A stretch of 64,000 bases of DNA, from assembly GCA_907165135.1 (NCBI GenBank), contig OU015567.1, positions 3,410,001-3,474,000 on the forward strand. The letters are read 5' to 3'. The notes beneath the pieces were generated by a model. That model saw only the letters and a list, made by a program, of their open reading frames with translations, was not told where the DNA came from and made no database searches. A program made the translations under genes and the position numbers. The stretch comes from Oikopleura dioica (lineage: Eukaryota > Animalia > Chordata). Positions within the stretch are counted from its first letter, which is position 1. Every line of letters starts with the position of its first letter. This document shows, piece by piece, positions 1 to 13,096 of this stretch.

Positions 1-3000
1 TATCGGCAAATACTAAACACTGGACATTCCGACTAGAAAACTTGAATATTCACGTTAAGCAAACAAAAAGGAAAATTTTTGGACAGAAAAGGTGGATGAG
101 TTTTTAACCCGCTTTAGCATGTTCTTTACTCGAGTTAATTCTCAAGTTCGCACGATCGGCTTTTCGGCTGTTACAAATTGCCCAAGTCGGCGCCTGCACT
201 AGAATTATTCCCTTCCGCTTTTTGACGTAAGTTCGACCTGTCACAAGCACTTTTTTCTCGAAAACCTCGCTGAGAAAAAAAGTTTGTTTTGGGCACTTGA
301 AAGAAGAATTTTTTTGAAAAAACCATAAAGAAATTTCAATTTTGCAGTATATTTATTTTATCATAAAGAAAACTTTGAAAATAACGATGAACAATCATTA
401 AGCTGGCAATTCCCTAACGGTTGTCTTTCCATTGAAAATCATTCTTTTTCGGATAACTATCATAAAAGTTAGTTCTGATGAGAAAATACACCAAGAAAAA
501 AGAAAACGAGGTTGGCTGCAGCTTCCGCCACTCAGGCAAAAAAAACGTAAACGAAAGATCAAAGGCGGCCGCTCATTTTCGAACATGTATAAAATTCTCG
601 TTGGGATTCTTGTGCGAGAAAAATAGTTTTGTGAAAACGGATCGTTTGGGCTGAGCTGCATGGAAAGTGGACGAGGCGACAGATGAGCGCTGGAATTTCT
701 TCTTCGAAAAAAGAAGAGAATCATGGAACTGACTTTTTCTCAAATGCAAGAAAGTTTTTGACCGCAAGACGGTGAGAAACAGCAAAATGAGGTAGCCGGT
801 CAAGGAAATTAGGAAAAGGAATTTCGCTGCGGTCAGGGCCCAAGAGGACGAACATCTTGCGCGAAATTTCTAATTTCCACAAGGGATGCAGCAAAAAGCC
901 CCTTTTTGGCTGTAAATTTAATTTATCATTTTTGTTCCCATCGAATTTTTTATCGAACAAGGAAAAAAAAGAATATTTTGACTCGAAAAAAATCAAAATC
1001 CAGGAAACGAGGCTGAAAGAAGTAAAAATAATTTTTGGAAGTGATTTTATCGATCAGGGTTTTGATTGGCCGGTAGGTCAAATACAGCAATCTTATTGGT
1101 TGTCCAAAAATGCATTTCCATAAATTGATTTAGTCCGTAAAAAGGGTGTATGGCAGATTTGATCAAAGCCGAATTAAAATTCCAATTTCCAGTCTTCTTT
1201 CATCCCTCTTTCCAAAACATTTCAATTTCTGATGACCCTAATCGCCTTCCAAAATTCAGATGAAATGCATTCCTCTTTGCACCTTTTCGCCAAAACGCGC
1301 GGAAATCAAAGTTTCACCGACCAAAAACAGAAAACAACTGTTGATGCGCTGCGTCTTCCCTCGATTTCAAGGGCCAACTGTGGTTTGAAAATTATCAAAA
1401 AGCGAAAATGTTGTTGTGCTGTTTATATTTTCTGTTTAGTATTTCTGGTCCGAGGAGACGCGGCGCGATCTTAGGCGAAGAGCGGAAGGAAAACGGAACG
1501 AAAGCGCTAGAAATTGGAATCAAGTGGCAAGGCTAGAAATGTAACAGGTTCAATTCAATTCCAGAACACTTTTGAACCGCGCGGCGAATTAAAAAGTCAA
1601 GTATTTAGGGCACTTGAAAAATGGTAGAAAAGACTTAGAAGTTGCGAAATGGGAATTAATGGGGATGATTGTTGTGAACGAAGGCCAGATGGTGGGAATA
1701 AACGCAAATGATTCAAGATTTTTATTGAAAAGAAAAAACATAACAAGTTATTTTTTATATATCAAATGGATTTTTCTTGACTTGAAAGACCGAAGAAATA
1801 ACTAAACGGATAACTAGCGCTGCAATAGATCCTGGTTCAGTACAAAATTATTTTTGAAAATGTTCCGAAGCCCGGTTAGATCACATTTTCAAAAATACTG
1901 TCTCGCCGACTCTGTGCAAAACAAAATATTCTCTAGACCAAATTCATCCACCTTCAAATTTCTCTTTCTAAGCTTTAGTGTGCCTTTCAAGCCTCTCACA
2001 AAGGTGAAAAGTTTTCTTTGTTTCCAAGATTTTGCAACTTCTTTTTAGTACTGATGATGGTAATTTCTTACCGAAAGCTTTACTTGAAATAAACAAAAAC
2101 AAAATATTCATAAGATGTCAAACAACCAGAGAATTACAAAATTATCGGTATTATTTTGCTTAAAAATTTTTTTCAAAATATAATCTACAAGAATGAAAAA
2201 ACAGCCAGCTAGAGAAGCCGAATCTGCGTAAGCTGGCGCAGGGAACATGTTCTCAACTGACGGGTGACCGATAGTCTGACCTAAGCCCGTGTAACCTGCC
2301 AATGTTATCTCGCTTGGCAGCGAAATCTCAAACCAACTTTTCCCCACAAAGATTTTCGGAACTGCAAAAAGACAGAATTTTTCAAAACATGAATGCTAAG
2401 TTAATGCCAATTGAAAATCTTAACATTTTTATATCGCTTTCTGAACAATAGAAATGAGGATATTTCTCGTGAGAAAGAATCTTTATGGTCCTTTTATTTA
2501 AATTTTGAAAGAAAAAGAAGCAGGAAAAAATTATTCTTTGAAGAAAAAGTGTGAGGCGCGCCCATCCTTGAGCTGCTGTTTCATAAAATCAAAGCGCCGA
2601 GTTATAATTAATACAGTGAATTACTCGGCGGTAACGGGCATTGGGCCTCGCCTAGGTACTTTGTCGAGCGGGTTGTCGACTTCAACGAGAATCACTTTGT
2701 ATCTTCGACGCCGAGCCGAGCCCTCCTCCCTTTTTTTCATTTTCCGTCCAAAATGAACCTTTTTTTTGTTCCCAGGCTCAAAGATCCATTGTCAGCCAAA
2801 CGAAATTTGAAAAAATTAATTCAAATTTGACTGCTTTATTCGAGCTTTACGTGCATTTATCGAAGGGAGACCCTTAAATCTCAGTTCAGTAAAACGGTAT
2901 TCTTGATATCCTTCCTCGTAACGCTGCCCTGGCTCCTGAGAAGTATGTTTTCGAGCGGATGTTCTCTGACCATAATTATATTTTGGGAAAAATACAAAAT

Positions 3001-3243
3001 CTGATTATTTTTTGACGTACTCGACATGCGCGCTATCGCAGCGGATTTTGATACCTTGTCGCTAGAAGAGAAAAAAAACCTCTTTTTTCGGCAGTCTTGC
3101 GGGAGAACAAGCGGCGAGGTCTTTCATCTTGAGAAAATTTTCAGTGCAAATGCTATGAGGTTTTTCTTCCTGTGGAATTATATTTCCTTTGAAACGACCA
3201 TCAACATAACTGAAGAAAATATATATTTATTGCTAAGATTTAA

Positions 3244-3900
3244 GGGGGGAGTCGTCAGTATGGAAAATTTTCAATTTTGAAAATTTTGACCACATTTTTG
3301 AATTCCTCGTCAAAAACTAAATCTTTTTGGTCACTAGCTTTTTTTGATTGGTCCACGGAAAACCTGCTAAAAATCGACTTAAATTTTTAAAATGAGTGCG
3401 CGGCGGGACTTTGTTAGCAGCTGATTTCGGCCAAAAACAATCAAAATATCTGTTTTTATCGTAAGACATCATTTTTAAATGGTTTTTGAATCATTATTTA
3501 TTAAAAATTCCGAGTCTATGCGACTCTTGAAAAAAAATCAGCCGAAAACGTGTAAAAATATGGAATTTTTTGAAAATCGGATATTGTTAATCAATAAGAA
3601 AAATTTTTTAAGGGAGTCACACTTAAATTTTTGATCGCCGGTCGATTTTGAAGGGTCCAATCTATAAGTAAAAAAATCTGATTATCGAAAAAAATTAAGG
3701 GTTCTGAGATTTTTTGGTCAAGAGACGACCCCACTTTAACCCTAATTTTTGAAAAATTTTTCAAAAATTTTTTTTACTTCTTGTCGCCGGTCGAAACTTT
3801 CAACCCTTTTCTTTACACTCTAAAGTTCTTTTTGATTCAATCAAATCAGGTTTTCTCGCTTTTTTGGTCAAAAGAAGTCCCAATATTGACGACCCCCCTC
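3244..3900. mobile_element. Non-autonomous TIR element (MITE) flanked by TTAA
   Basis: Left end TTAA|GGGGGGAGTCGTCAGTAT. Right end reads GAGGGGGGTCGTCAATAT on the reverse strand and is followed by TTAA. No coding capacity. Confidence 0.7.
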
Positions 3901-5044
3901 TTAAAGCTTTATTATAGTCTTCTCATTTAAACATAATAATGAGACTAAAAATTCGAGTTAAAATTTTTTGAAACTAGAATTCAAAGTACGACAATTGAAT
4001 TCTCACGGGAGTTCTGCCCTGTTTGCCGAACATAATAAATTTAAAAATGCAAAAACAGTGTCGCCGCCGGTGAGCAGATGACTACCCTTTGTTCATGCTG
4101 TTGTTTCCCGAGCCTCTATCTGCTAATTATCACGTGGGGCCATCCTCGCTTGAATTTCGCCTTGTTTCGCCGATGTTTTGCAAATCAAGCAGCGTTGATT
4201 TCAATTTTCGCCGCGGTCGAAGATAAGTTTATCTTTTTATTATACAAAATCATTTCTATGTCTATATTTTTCCGCTTACAATTGCGCATATACGGTATTT
4301 TTTTCTCTAAAATGTTTGAGAGGGTTAATTGTCCTTCGCATTCTAGTAAGAAGGTCTATTTATGCGGGCGACAATGTCAAATGTGTCTAACATGCCGCTG
4401 CTATTGATAACTCTTTGTCAGACGAGTGTAAGTTCCAGTCACTTATGTCATGTGACTGCTGTCAACTCATGTTCCGGTGTTAACACATTTCTTCACATCC
4501 GTTTGTCTTGTAATGCAACGTTGTGTTACATATAAAACAACGTACATATTACACGCGTTTGGGTGGAACCGCTGCTTTTTAGCAACATGCGCGACTAAGG
4601 GCTGCATGATTAGACAAATATTCTGAATCAAGCATTTTTATGTAAGCTCTTCTCCAAAGCTTTAAAACTCTACTTCGAAAGACGAAGCAGAATCCAGCTT
4701 CGAAATTTGACTCTGACCACATAAAAAGGCGTGAAAACATGGATTTGGCGGTCAGAAATATCAAAGCCACTTTCTGACCTGCTCGGCTGCAGTTTGCGGC
4801 TTACTTCTTTTTTTCTTTCATCGAGGAAATGAAAAACTGAAAACTGAAAAAACGAGTCGGAAGTAAAAAAAACAACAAGCCAAATTTCTTGAGAAAATAG
4901 CCGAATGTGACTTATTTTCGAAAGAAATTGAAACAGAATTGAACGGGTCCTCGGAGTTCGTGAGAATTTCCAGCTGATTTGTCGAATAAAAACCACCCCC
5001 TTCTGACCTTATAATAATTATCATTTCAAAAACAGTCCGTCAAA

Positions 5045-6315
5045 ATGAAATTCACTTTTGCTTTTTTCGCCTTTTCCGAGGCCTGCAACGATCTGCTACC
5101 GTCAGAACAGTGCGATAACGCCTGCATCGCTGACTTCCTCAGTTGCCAATCTGCCTGTACGACTGATGACTGTAACCTCCAATGCGATAGTCAGTACAAA
5201 GCCTGCTTCAACAACTGCCCTTGTGGCCGTTCCTGCCCAAAGGTAAAGATCACTATTCTCTTCCTTGATTTCAACATTTTTCCAAGGGCTGCGAAGATTG
5301 CCCTAGTGAATATTGCTACGACCCGGCGAAACAAACAGTCGTTCTCGGCCAACGATATGATCAAACAGAGCTGACTGCTTCTTATTTAGTTGGAGAAAAC
5401 TCAATTTCTCAGGTTGATGCTTTTTCGCCAGGGAAAAACACAATTTACAGCACTGGAGGGGTCTATTTCAAGGGCGAGTTTTGGGTCTTTGGGGGCTACC
5501 CAGGTACGATCATTTTTGATTATCATGCTTACTTTTTTCTAGATGGAAATAAAATTTCGATCCTCCGCGGCTGCAATTTCGAGGAACAAACTTCGCGGCT
5601 CGTGAACTATTTCAGCTCAGAGCTTCATTCGGCGACGGTTTTCAATGAAGAAGTCTGGCTCTGTTTTGGCGATGGCTTTACTTGCGAAGTCTTCGATGGC
5701 GAATCGAATGGACTTGACGATGTGAAAGTTAGCTTCGAGCGTTCATATGGCGCATCTATTACCGTCTACGATAATCAACTGATTGCTGTTGGAGCAAGTA
5801 ACGATGGTGGACGAGGAAAAGTTGAGCTTCGGGGCGATCAGTGGAGGGAGATCGATGACCATCCAATGTAAAAGCAAGCTTTTTTGACAATTCTGAAAAT
5901 TTATTTTTAGCGACATTGGTTACACCTCCGTGATTTCCTTCAAAACCGGAATCTTAACCGTCGGTGGTACGACCAACAGAGTTGATGACAACAACGAGGA
6001 CGGATACGACACTGTTAAGGGCATCTACTCGCTCATCGACTTTACCTGGTCTCATGTCGGAAATCTTCAGCATGTAAGATATTTCATGAGAAATATTTCA
6101 TTCATTTTGATAAGGGGAATATGCTCGGAAAAGCAGCCCTCAACGGAAACGAACTCCTCTTTGTTCCGGGATTAAAAGAACCCTGGGTGGCTCAAAAACT
6201 CATCTGGAACGGCGAATCATTCGATTACAAAGAAAGCTACGAAACGGGCATGGAAGGATATGTCACTTTCCCCCTTTTATTTGATGCCACTATGACTTCC
6301 TGCAGTTTGAATTAA
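5045..6315 (+). CDS. Secreted protein with Cys-rich N-terminal domain and kelch/beta-propeller-like C-terminal region (multi-exon)
   Basis: Signal-like MKFTFAFFAFSEAC, Cys-rich block (C-x3-C repeats, CPCGRSCPKGCEDCP), then propeller-like motifs (FWVFGG, VWLCFG, LIAVG, ILTVGG) across short GT-AG introns. Stop at 6313-6315. Confidence 0.6.
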
Positions 6316-6388
6316 AATTTTCTTGTGAATAAAAACTGACAAAAATCAAATCAAAGTTTTGACTCTTTTCTGAATAATGTATTTTTTT

Positions 6389-7156
6389 TTATTTTTGATC
6401 GAATTTTTTAGTTAGCAGTTCAGCAAAATCATCGAGGCTGACTATTCCCCCACTTAAAAAAGGTTGAAAAGTAATCAATCGAATGATTCTTTACCTTGGT
6501 AAATTGATCATGTCTAGAAATCCTTGCACTTCGTCCGGGCTTAATGGATCTTCTCCGTTTTCTGATAAAATTTTCATGATCTCATCTGTGTTCAGCAGCC
6601 CTGTTTCTTTCTTATCAAAAACACTAGAAAAAGATTGAAACGAGAGAAAGATTTTGATGCGTACCGGAGCGCATTTGAAAGCTCTAGTTTCGGGTTTATT
6701 TGAACATTTGCGTTGTATTTTACAACCATCGCCAGGAACTCATCAAAGTCTTAACAAGTAATATCAGAAATTATTGATTGTAAAATTATCACTAAGTTCA
6801 AGACCTTTCAAGATCTTGACCTTGGATCAACCGCGAAGAAAAGGATAATCTGAGACCGACCTATCACCTCATTGCCATCTTCGTCAAATTCTGTCATCAT
6901 TTGATCCAACATTTTCTCGGTCGGATATTCGCCAAGTGAAGACAGTACTGTTCTTAGCTCCTTGAAACATCGATCTGTCCAAGTTCAAATAACTGTAACT
7001 CACTCTTTTGCAAATTGAGCCACTGTCGTCAATGTCGAATAAATTGAATAAATCTTGCATTTCTCGCATTTGTTTTGGGTTCAGCCGAATTTCAGTAAAC
7101 TCATTTTTCGCGCCTTCCAAGAGCTGTTCTTGATCCAATTCGACCCTTTTAGACAT
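6389..7156 (-). CDS. EF-hand calmodulin/centrin-like protein (multi-exon)
   Basis: EF-hand loop FNLFDIDDSGSI in the first exon. Later exons read VFDKKETGLLNTDEIMKIL...LSPDEVQGFLDMI and GIVSLDDFAELL. Stop near 6389. Confidence 0.75.
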
Positions 7157-7943
7157 TTATAATGAAGAAAAAAGGTGGCGTTATAAATCTGAGGATCAGG
7201 GGCAGTGTCAAATTTATTACCTGAAAATTGAGTCCTTTGGTTTTGGGCGCTCTCTGGGCTCAGGCTTCTTCCGATCGACGATTTTCTCTAGTGTTTGGCT
7301 TCCTCGCCTCAAATTGATGTAAATAATGGGTTCTTTTCATAGAAGAGGTTAAATTGGAAATAAAGTTGATATATTTTTATATCAATTGAACCTACAAATT
7401 AATTTTAAATGAGTGAATGAATGAGTTGATTTTTGTTTTTTTTTCTGTATAAAGAAAAATGTCTAAGAAAAGAAAATGAATGAAAAATTGATGTCATATA
7501 TTGGGAGGTTCTCCCGATATAGAAATAAAGAATTACATATTTACCCGATTTTGTCAATTGACCTATGTTAAAAAATAATAATCAGCTGTTTTCCGTAAGT
7601 AAAGATTCCGTTAAGAGATGTTGTTAGAGTTTTTTTTAGTCTTATACCTTGAGATCTCTTTGATAATCCCCATCACTCAAGATGTTTTATCTTCGTTTCT
7701 GTACTCTCTATCTTCTTCTTTTCTGACAAGAGCTTATTTATGATACAAGCAGGAAGCGCAGGGGCTAGAAAATAGAGTGAACAGCGTGCTAACGTCCCGC
7801 GAAGGAGGATTTGCAATTAGCCCAAATTCAACCAAAGTTATTATTGACGACGAGCTACAATCTAGCGCAATTATACTACAAGCAACTCAATGTTAAAATT
7901 TGAGATGACCATGATCACGAAGAGAAAATTTATTGGACAGTTA

Positions 7944-9386
7944 TCAAGAACATATTGTTTCAAAACGGCAACTGTAGTAAACGTTCTGGCCATGATTACT
8001 GCCACAGGTGACATCATGCCAATCATCGGACCAAGACGAAAACGCAAAAACACATTTTTCATTGGATTGATCTGGCTGACGCCAGGCCCATTGAGTGAAA
8101 GTTGCTGGAGTTCCATCAACATTATTCCAACTGTAAATGTTGTTTCCATTCTGAATATAGCCGATTCTTTCGGTGCGCTTTGGAACTTGTTGTTGATATT
8201 GGGCGTACTCTTGTTCAGTTCTGAAAAATGAAAGGTATCCAGAAGTTCGATCAAGTTGGTTTCCTTTATCAATACAGATTTGCTTTTGTCTCTCGAAACT
8301 GACATTTTTTCCGTCTTGTTTCTCAAACCATAATCTCGGTACGCATGGTTTTGTAGTTTTCGTTGTAGTTGAAGTTGTAGTTATCATAGTAGTCGTTGTT
8401 GTAGTTGTCGTCGAAGTCGTTGTTGTAGTTGTCGTCGTAGTAGTTGTTGTAGTTGTACTTGTAGTCGAAGGAGTAGTTATAGTCGAAGAAGTAGTTGTAG
8501 TCGTAGTCGTTGTTGTAGTTGTAGATGTCGTCGAAGTAGTTGTTGTCGTCGAAGTCGTTGTTGAAGTTGTCGTCGTAGTTGTTGTTGTAGTTGTACTTGT
8601 CGTCATAGTCGTTGTCGTAGTTGTTGTCATTGTCGCCGTTGTTGTGGAGGTTATTGTGGTTGTAGTGGTTGTCGCTATGCTCGGGATTGTTCTGGCTGTC
8701 ATTGTTGTGGCTGACGTTGACGTCGTTGTTATTGTTGTCGTTGAAGATAACATAGTGGAGGAAATAAGCGTTGTTAAATTAAAGATATTGGTAGAACTTT
8801 TTGTCGTTGGAAGCACATTTGTTGAAGATACATAGACATCTGTACTCGTTGCGACTGTTGAACTAAAAATTGGCGTCAAAGAAGATGGTGTTTCGTAGTT
8901 CTCCGGAGTTGTAGACAGCGGATGACTTGATTTTGAGGTTGTTGTAAGCGTTACGGGCTTTGTTCTTGCAGTTGTTGTGATAAGTGTGTCTCGTGAGCTA
9001 TCTGTATTTGATGTCATCCTTGTAGTCTTTATCGGCGAATTTTCGGTAGATGTGGTTGGTTTCCATACTCTGGTTGTCGATGAAGAGATTGTCGAGCACT
9101 CCTCCATGCAATCTGAAAAAAATAAAAACCATCCGAATTTAATTTGACTCCTACTTTCTGATGATTCTAAACACCTAGATAGGCAATAGTCAGTCTCACA
9201 CAGAACCTTGCAGCCCAAGAAATCTGTTCGGCAAGTAGACTGACAATCAGTCTTGTCAGTATCATATCCGTCATTTGTTCGTTTAGCAAGCATAAGAGGG
9301 GTAGATAAAATAGTGCCTATTCCAGCGATGAGAAAGATTATCCCGATGCACCATAAAAGTAGTCTTTTCTTTTTTCTCTGAACCAT
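7944..9386 (-). CDS. Type II membrane mucin-like protein with C-terminal C-type lectin domain
   Basis: N-terminal basic patch plus hydrophobic helix, small Cys cluster, long Thr/Ser stalk, then a CTLD (WAWRQPD...EKCV...WHDVTC...YSC). A probable in-frame ~42-nt intron lies near 9115-9155. Confidence 0.8.
   Translation of the reverse strand: MVQRKKKRLLLWCIGIIFLIAGIGTILSTPLMLAKRTNDGYDTDKTDCQSTCRTDFLGCKVLCETDYCLSRCLESSESRSQIKFGWFLFFSDCMEECSTISSSTTRVWKPTTSTENSPIKTTRMTSNTDSSRDTLITTTARTKPVTLTTTSKSSHPLSTTPENYETPSSLTPIFSSTVATSTDVYVSSTNVLPTTKSSTNIFNLTTLISSTMLSSTTTITTTSTSATTMTARTIPSIATTTTTTITSTTTATMTTTTTTTMTTSTTTTTTTTTTSTTTSTTTTTSTTSTTTTTTTTTTTSSTITTPSTTSTTTTTTTTTTTTTTSTTTTTTTTMITTTSTTTKTTKPCVPRLWFEKQDGKNVSFERQKQICIDKGNQLDRTSGYLSFFRTEQEYAQYQQQVPKRTERIGYIQNGNNIYSWNNVDGTPATFTQWAWRQPDQSNEKCVFAFSSWSDDWHDVTCGSNHGQNVYYSCRFETICS
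8352..8740 (-). repeat. Coding ACN trinucleotide low-complexity repeat (poly-Thr mucin stalk)
   Basis: GTT/GTC/GTA repeats on the + strand. Confidence 0.9.
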
Positions 9387-9706
9387 GAGGTAGAATTTTC
9401 GATCATTGATGCCCGAATTTCTCGGAAGTGCACCGAAGAAACAAAATTATCATAGCTTGTTTGTCAAGACGACATATCAGGGGCAGTATCAACTGATGAT
9501 TGACACTCGTTTTTTTTATTTCTTATTCGTGTTTGATCAGAAGTTCTTTTTTGATAAATGAAAGTTCATGCCTGTTACTGTATTTTTAACGACTTTGTAA
9601 AGAAGCTTTATTTACTCCACGGACATTTCACCAATAAAACATAGTAAGACAAACAAGGAAAGAAGAGCTCTCGATAAAGTTCGTAGTACAATTATTTATT
9701 ATTTTT

Positions 9707-11623
9707 CTAGTTTATCTCGGGTACAGTTTCTTTAATCTCCAATGTCATTTTTTCTTTTCTTCTTTTATCCATGTTCAAAAACCATTTCGGCCCGAATTCA
9801 TAGGCAAACGGCAAATGCAAGATAATTGGCTACAAATTCATAAATGAAGACTACGCTCAAATCGAATAAAAAGCTCACCAGGGCTCCAACAAGTCCAGAT
9901 ATCCAAACGCTCAGTCTCAGGGCGTTAAAATTTCCAGTCTTTTCAAAATCATTCAGAATCGGGGTACCAAGAAAATTAAAGAGTCCACCGATGAGTTCAA
10001 TTGAGGCTAGTCCGACCCCGTGGCTTTCGAAAGGAAAGCAAATTTCAATAATCTTTTATTTGGATCGAAATATGAGCTATTATTAAAGACCACAACAGTA
10101 CTCTTGATTCAGCAAGATTTTCACATTCCACAGTAATTTAGACTTCCGATCACTCAAGGCAATAATAAAATTATGGTCTGCAAAAATTATTCTTATCCAT
10201 TCATTTACTTCGTAGAAATAAGGCGTCGCCTGGATAATTCCAAATCCAACAAAAAGCGTCCACATGCCCCCCAGAGTATCGCTCTTTTCGATTCCAATAA
10301 TGCACAAGACCAAAGCAATCAAATGAAAGAAGAGCGGAATCACCAGTTGCTTTAAATTGTGATCTCCTTTTGATTTTTGCGAAAATTTTCTCTTTGTGAA
10401 GGTGACGATGATGCCAAAAACGACTGTGAGACAGCCAGATAGAACGATTTTTAGGGTGTTGAACTGAGTATTGACAAGAGAGACGGTAGAGCCAGCAGCG
10501 ACGATTTCTATTTCATTCTGCTCTAAAATTGTTTTCAGATAATTTTTGATAATTTTTATTACCGATAAGTTGCGTCATCAGTGCGAGAACATTATGGACA
10601 ATAAAATTTCCACTTCCAAAAACGCACAGGGCGGCGAAAAAGTTAGGATTGAGAAAAACTCTGATGCTTTGGAGAAACTTTTTGAGAAAGGAGCAAGTTG
10701 AGGCTGAGTCTTCCTTGTTTTCAGCCGTTTTTTTTCTCTCGATAAATGGTAGTTTTTGCCTTATAACATCTTTGCACGGTTTTATCATGCTTTCTCGAAG
10801 AAGTTTTTGATGATAAAACCGCACCTTTTAGATTTATGAAGGAATCCCTCGACTCCAAATTATACCAAGGCATGAATATAAGCGAGAAAATCATTGACAG
10901 AGCCATGAATCCAGCAAAAATCCATGCCATATTTTGAGGACTACATATTTTATAAAGTTTCTTTTGGAAAAATCACACCTGAAGCCAAGATCGATGTACA
11001 AAATCTTCCAGAGTTCTGGTACGAAGGAGCTGAGAGCCATTGTCAGCATCATAAATGAGATCAAAAAGCTTGTCAAATCAAAAAGCCTCGCTAGTTGAAT
11101 GTAGAAAAAGAGCATCGAAACCGCTGAACCATATTGAAGGGCCCACCCGTAGAGCAAGTTATCAGAAACACCCGGTTGCGCGTTCGCCAGGAGAATGTAT
11201 CCAATCGTCACAAATGACTTCATGATCAACAGACTCGGTCCGAATCCGAGATGATCTCGAAGAACTCCAGCAATCATCAGGACAACGCCAGCAAGAGCAC
11301 CAGATACGGAGACGATGTTTCCAAGCTCGGCACTTTGACTTGGGCATTCAAACGACCGACTAGATTGATTCAAACTCGATGCCATCATCGACGGATCATT
11401 AGTGATCTCACAACCGGAAGAGAAAAAGCCATTTTCTCGATAAATTTCGTCCAGCGCGCTCCAGGCAAAAATCAGCAACGAATGAAATCTAAAAAAGTCT
11501 TTTGCCTCAAGAGTGAACTCGATTAAACCCAGCTCATAAAACGAGTCGTACTTACAAAAGATCCAAAAAGCCCCAAAATAAAACCGCCACATTCCTGAAT
11601 TTCTCACAAATCTCTTTTCTCAT
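9707..11623 (-). CDS. SLC43/LAT3-like major facilitator transporter (multi-exon)
   Basis: N-terminal LFWGFLDLLFHSLLIFAWSAL...YRENGFFSSGC resembles SLC43 LENLFFS..GWGSL..LK.EGFYSS.C. It continues with a C..Q..EL...V..SG segment, RDHLG in loop 2-3 and many TM helices. Ends are approximate. Confidence 0.65.
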
Positions 11624-12070
11624 TTTTTGGATTTTGCGAAATGACGACCAGTCGAAAAGTAAAAATATATTCTTGAGCAATGATATGGTAGATTGATATC
11701 GTTAAATGCGTTATGTCATCTTATTCTATTTATGTGAAACCGTAAAGGTTACAAAGGATTATCACGCCCGGCTTAACGTTCTAGAAGAGGCAGATTGAAC
11801 TTGCCAAACAAAAGCTTTGAGAAATATAATCAATTTATCGTAATCAAATCATTTCAACAAAATGGTGGTCAAGCTGGTGATCATGGTAACCGTTTATTTA
11901 AAAAAATAAACCCTGAAATTTTCTTTGAAAGAAATTATTCAAAAACTGCTTCATCTTCAAAAATGATGGGAACAAAAAACTCTTATCTTTTGTTGAAATC
12001 AGCAAATAAACATATTATTTCATTCGCTTACCAACCAGTCGCTCTTTCAAAAATAGAAAAGCGAGAGGAA

Positions 12071-12632
12071 ATGGCTGAAGAAAAAGAATGCATTTCGATA
12101 AAAATCGACGACTTTACTTCGCCTTCTCAAAAGGATTCGCTTCAGAGGAGTAATGAAATTCAGAAGTTTATCGATGATCACAACCAACTCTTTTGCAAAC
12201 CTGAGCAGGAGATTTGTGCCGATTCTAGTGACACGAAAGGTAATATAAGAAAAAAAAGGTTTATTTCAAAATTTCACTGTATCTTCAGAAGAGCAAATTA
12301 ACGAATCGAAGACTGCTGCTTCAAATGAATGTATCGTCCCAATCGTCGAGGATGAACAAAACAATGAGCTTTTGTTGAAAAACGAGCCATCTAAGGAACT
12401 TGTTTTTCAAAACAAAAGTAAAAGTTTGTTTTTGAAAATTTTGTTGCATAAAAAACATGATAAGAAAATGACTATAGATCCAGACGATGAGGAAGAGTTC
12501 TCCTGCTGCTCCTGCATTTTTAAATCGATCTGTTTTTGCATAATATGTCCATTCATGTGTATTTTTGTTGCAGTCAAAGAGCAGATCAAGGAGATTTTCT
12601 GCTGCTTCTTTCTGGATGATTTTTTAAACTGA
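12071..12632 (+). CDS. Small acidic protein with Cys-rich hydrophobic C-terminus (3 exons), function unknown
   Basis: Spliced model MAEEKEC...DTK/EEQINES...QNK/NPDDEEEFSCCSCIFKSICFCIICPFMCIF...FCCFFLDDFLN*, using GT-AG introns. Confidence 0.6.
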
Positions 12633-12838
12633 ATTCCTTTTTTTTTGGCTTCTTCTTTCAATAAATTTTTCTTTGCTATAAGAAAGCTTATGAACCTGTG
12701 CGTGAGCTCTCCAAAGACCCTTAGTCAGCATGTCTCAAAGACCTAAGTAAAGACTCACGGACGCACTAAATATTTTATCAGTTGCTCAAGAACAAGAAAA
12801 TCACGGTTGAATTACCAAACCGAAAAAATCTTAGAGAT

Positions 12839-13096
12839 ATGGATAAAAATGAAGATAATAAAGCTCCACCTCCTTACGACTCTTGCATTCCCCTTGAAAC
12901 AAAACCCGGTAATTCTAAAAAGAAAATTTGAGCTTACCCCGAGGCGAAAAGCCCAAGTACCTTTTGAGAATAAAACAGATCAGCTTATTATTGCCACCGC
13001 TCCGTGCGAAAATGAACTGGAAAATATTCCGCAAACAAGAACTCTTCTCGACGAACCCCAAGAGCAGGAAGACGAGTCGGAAGATGAAGATGACTG
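12839..13096 (+). pseudogene. 5' part of a host gene disrupted by the LTR element (likely paralog of 12071-12632)
   Basis: MDKNEDNKAPPPYDSCIPLETKP/DQLIIATAPC...EDESEDEDD-C stops at the GACTG TSD and continues in frame at 40009. Confidence 0.8.

Noticed and set aside
398-3200. Exon-like fragments suggesting a minus-strand gene
   Set aside because: Competing frames on both strands; I could not build a coherent model or recognise a product.
7871-8835. Alternative-frame and antisense ORFs over the mucin/lectin gene
   Set aside because: Shadows of the low-complexity ACN repeat and of the real CDS.
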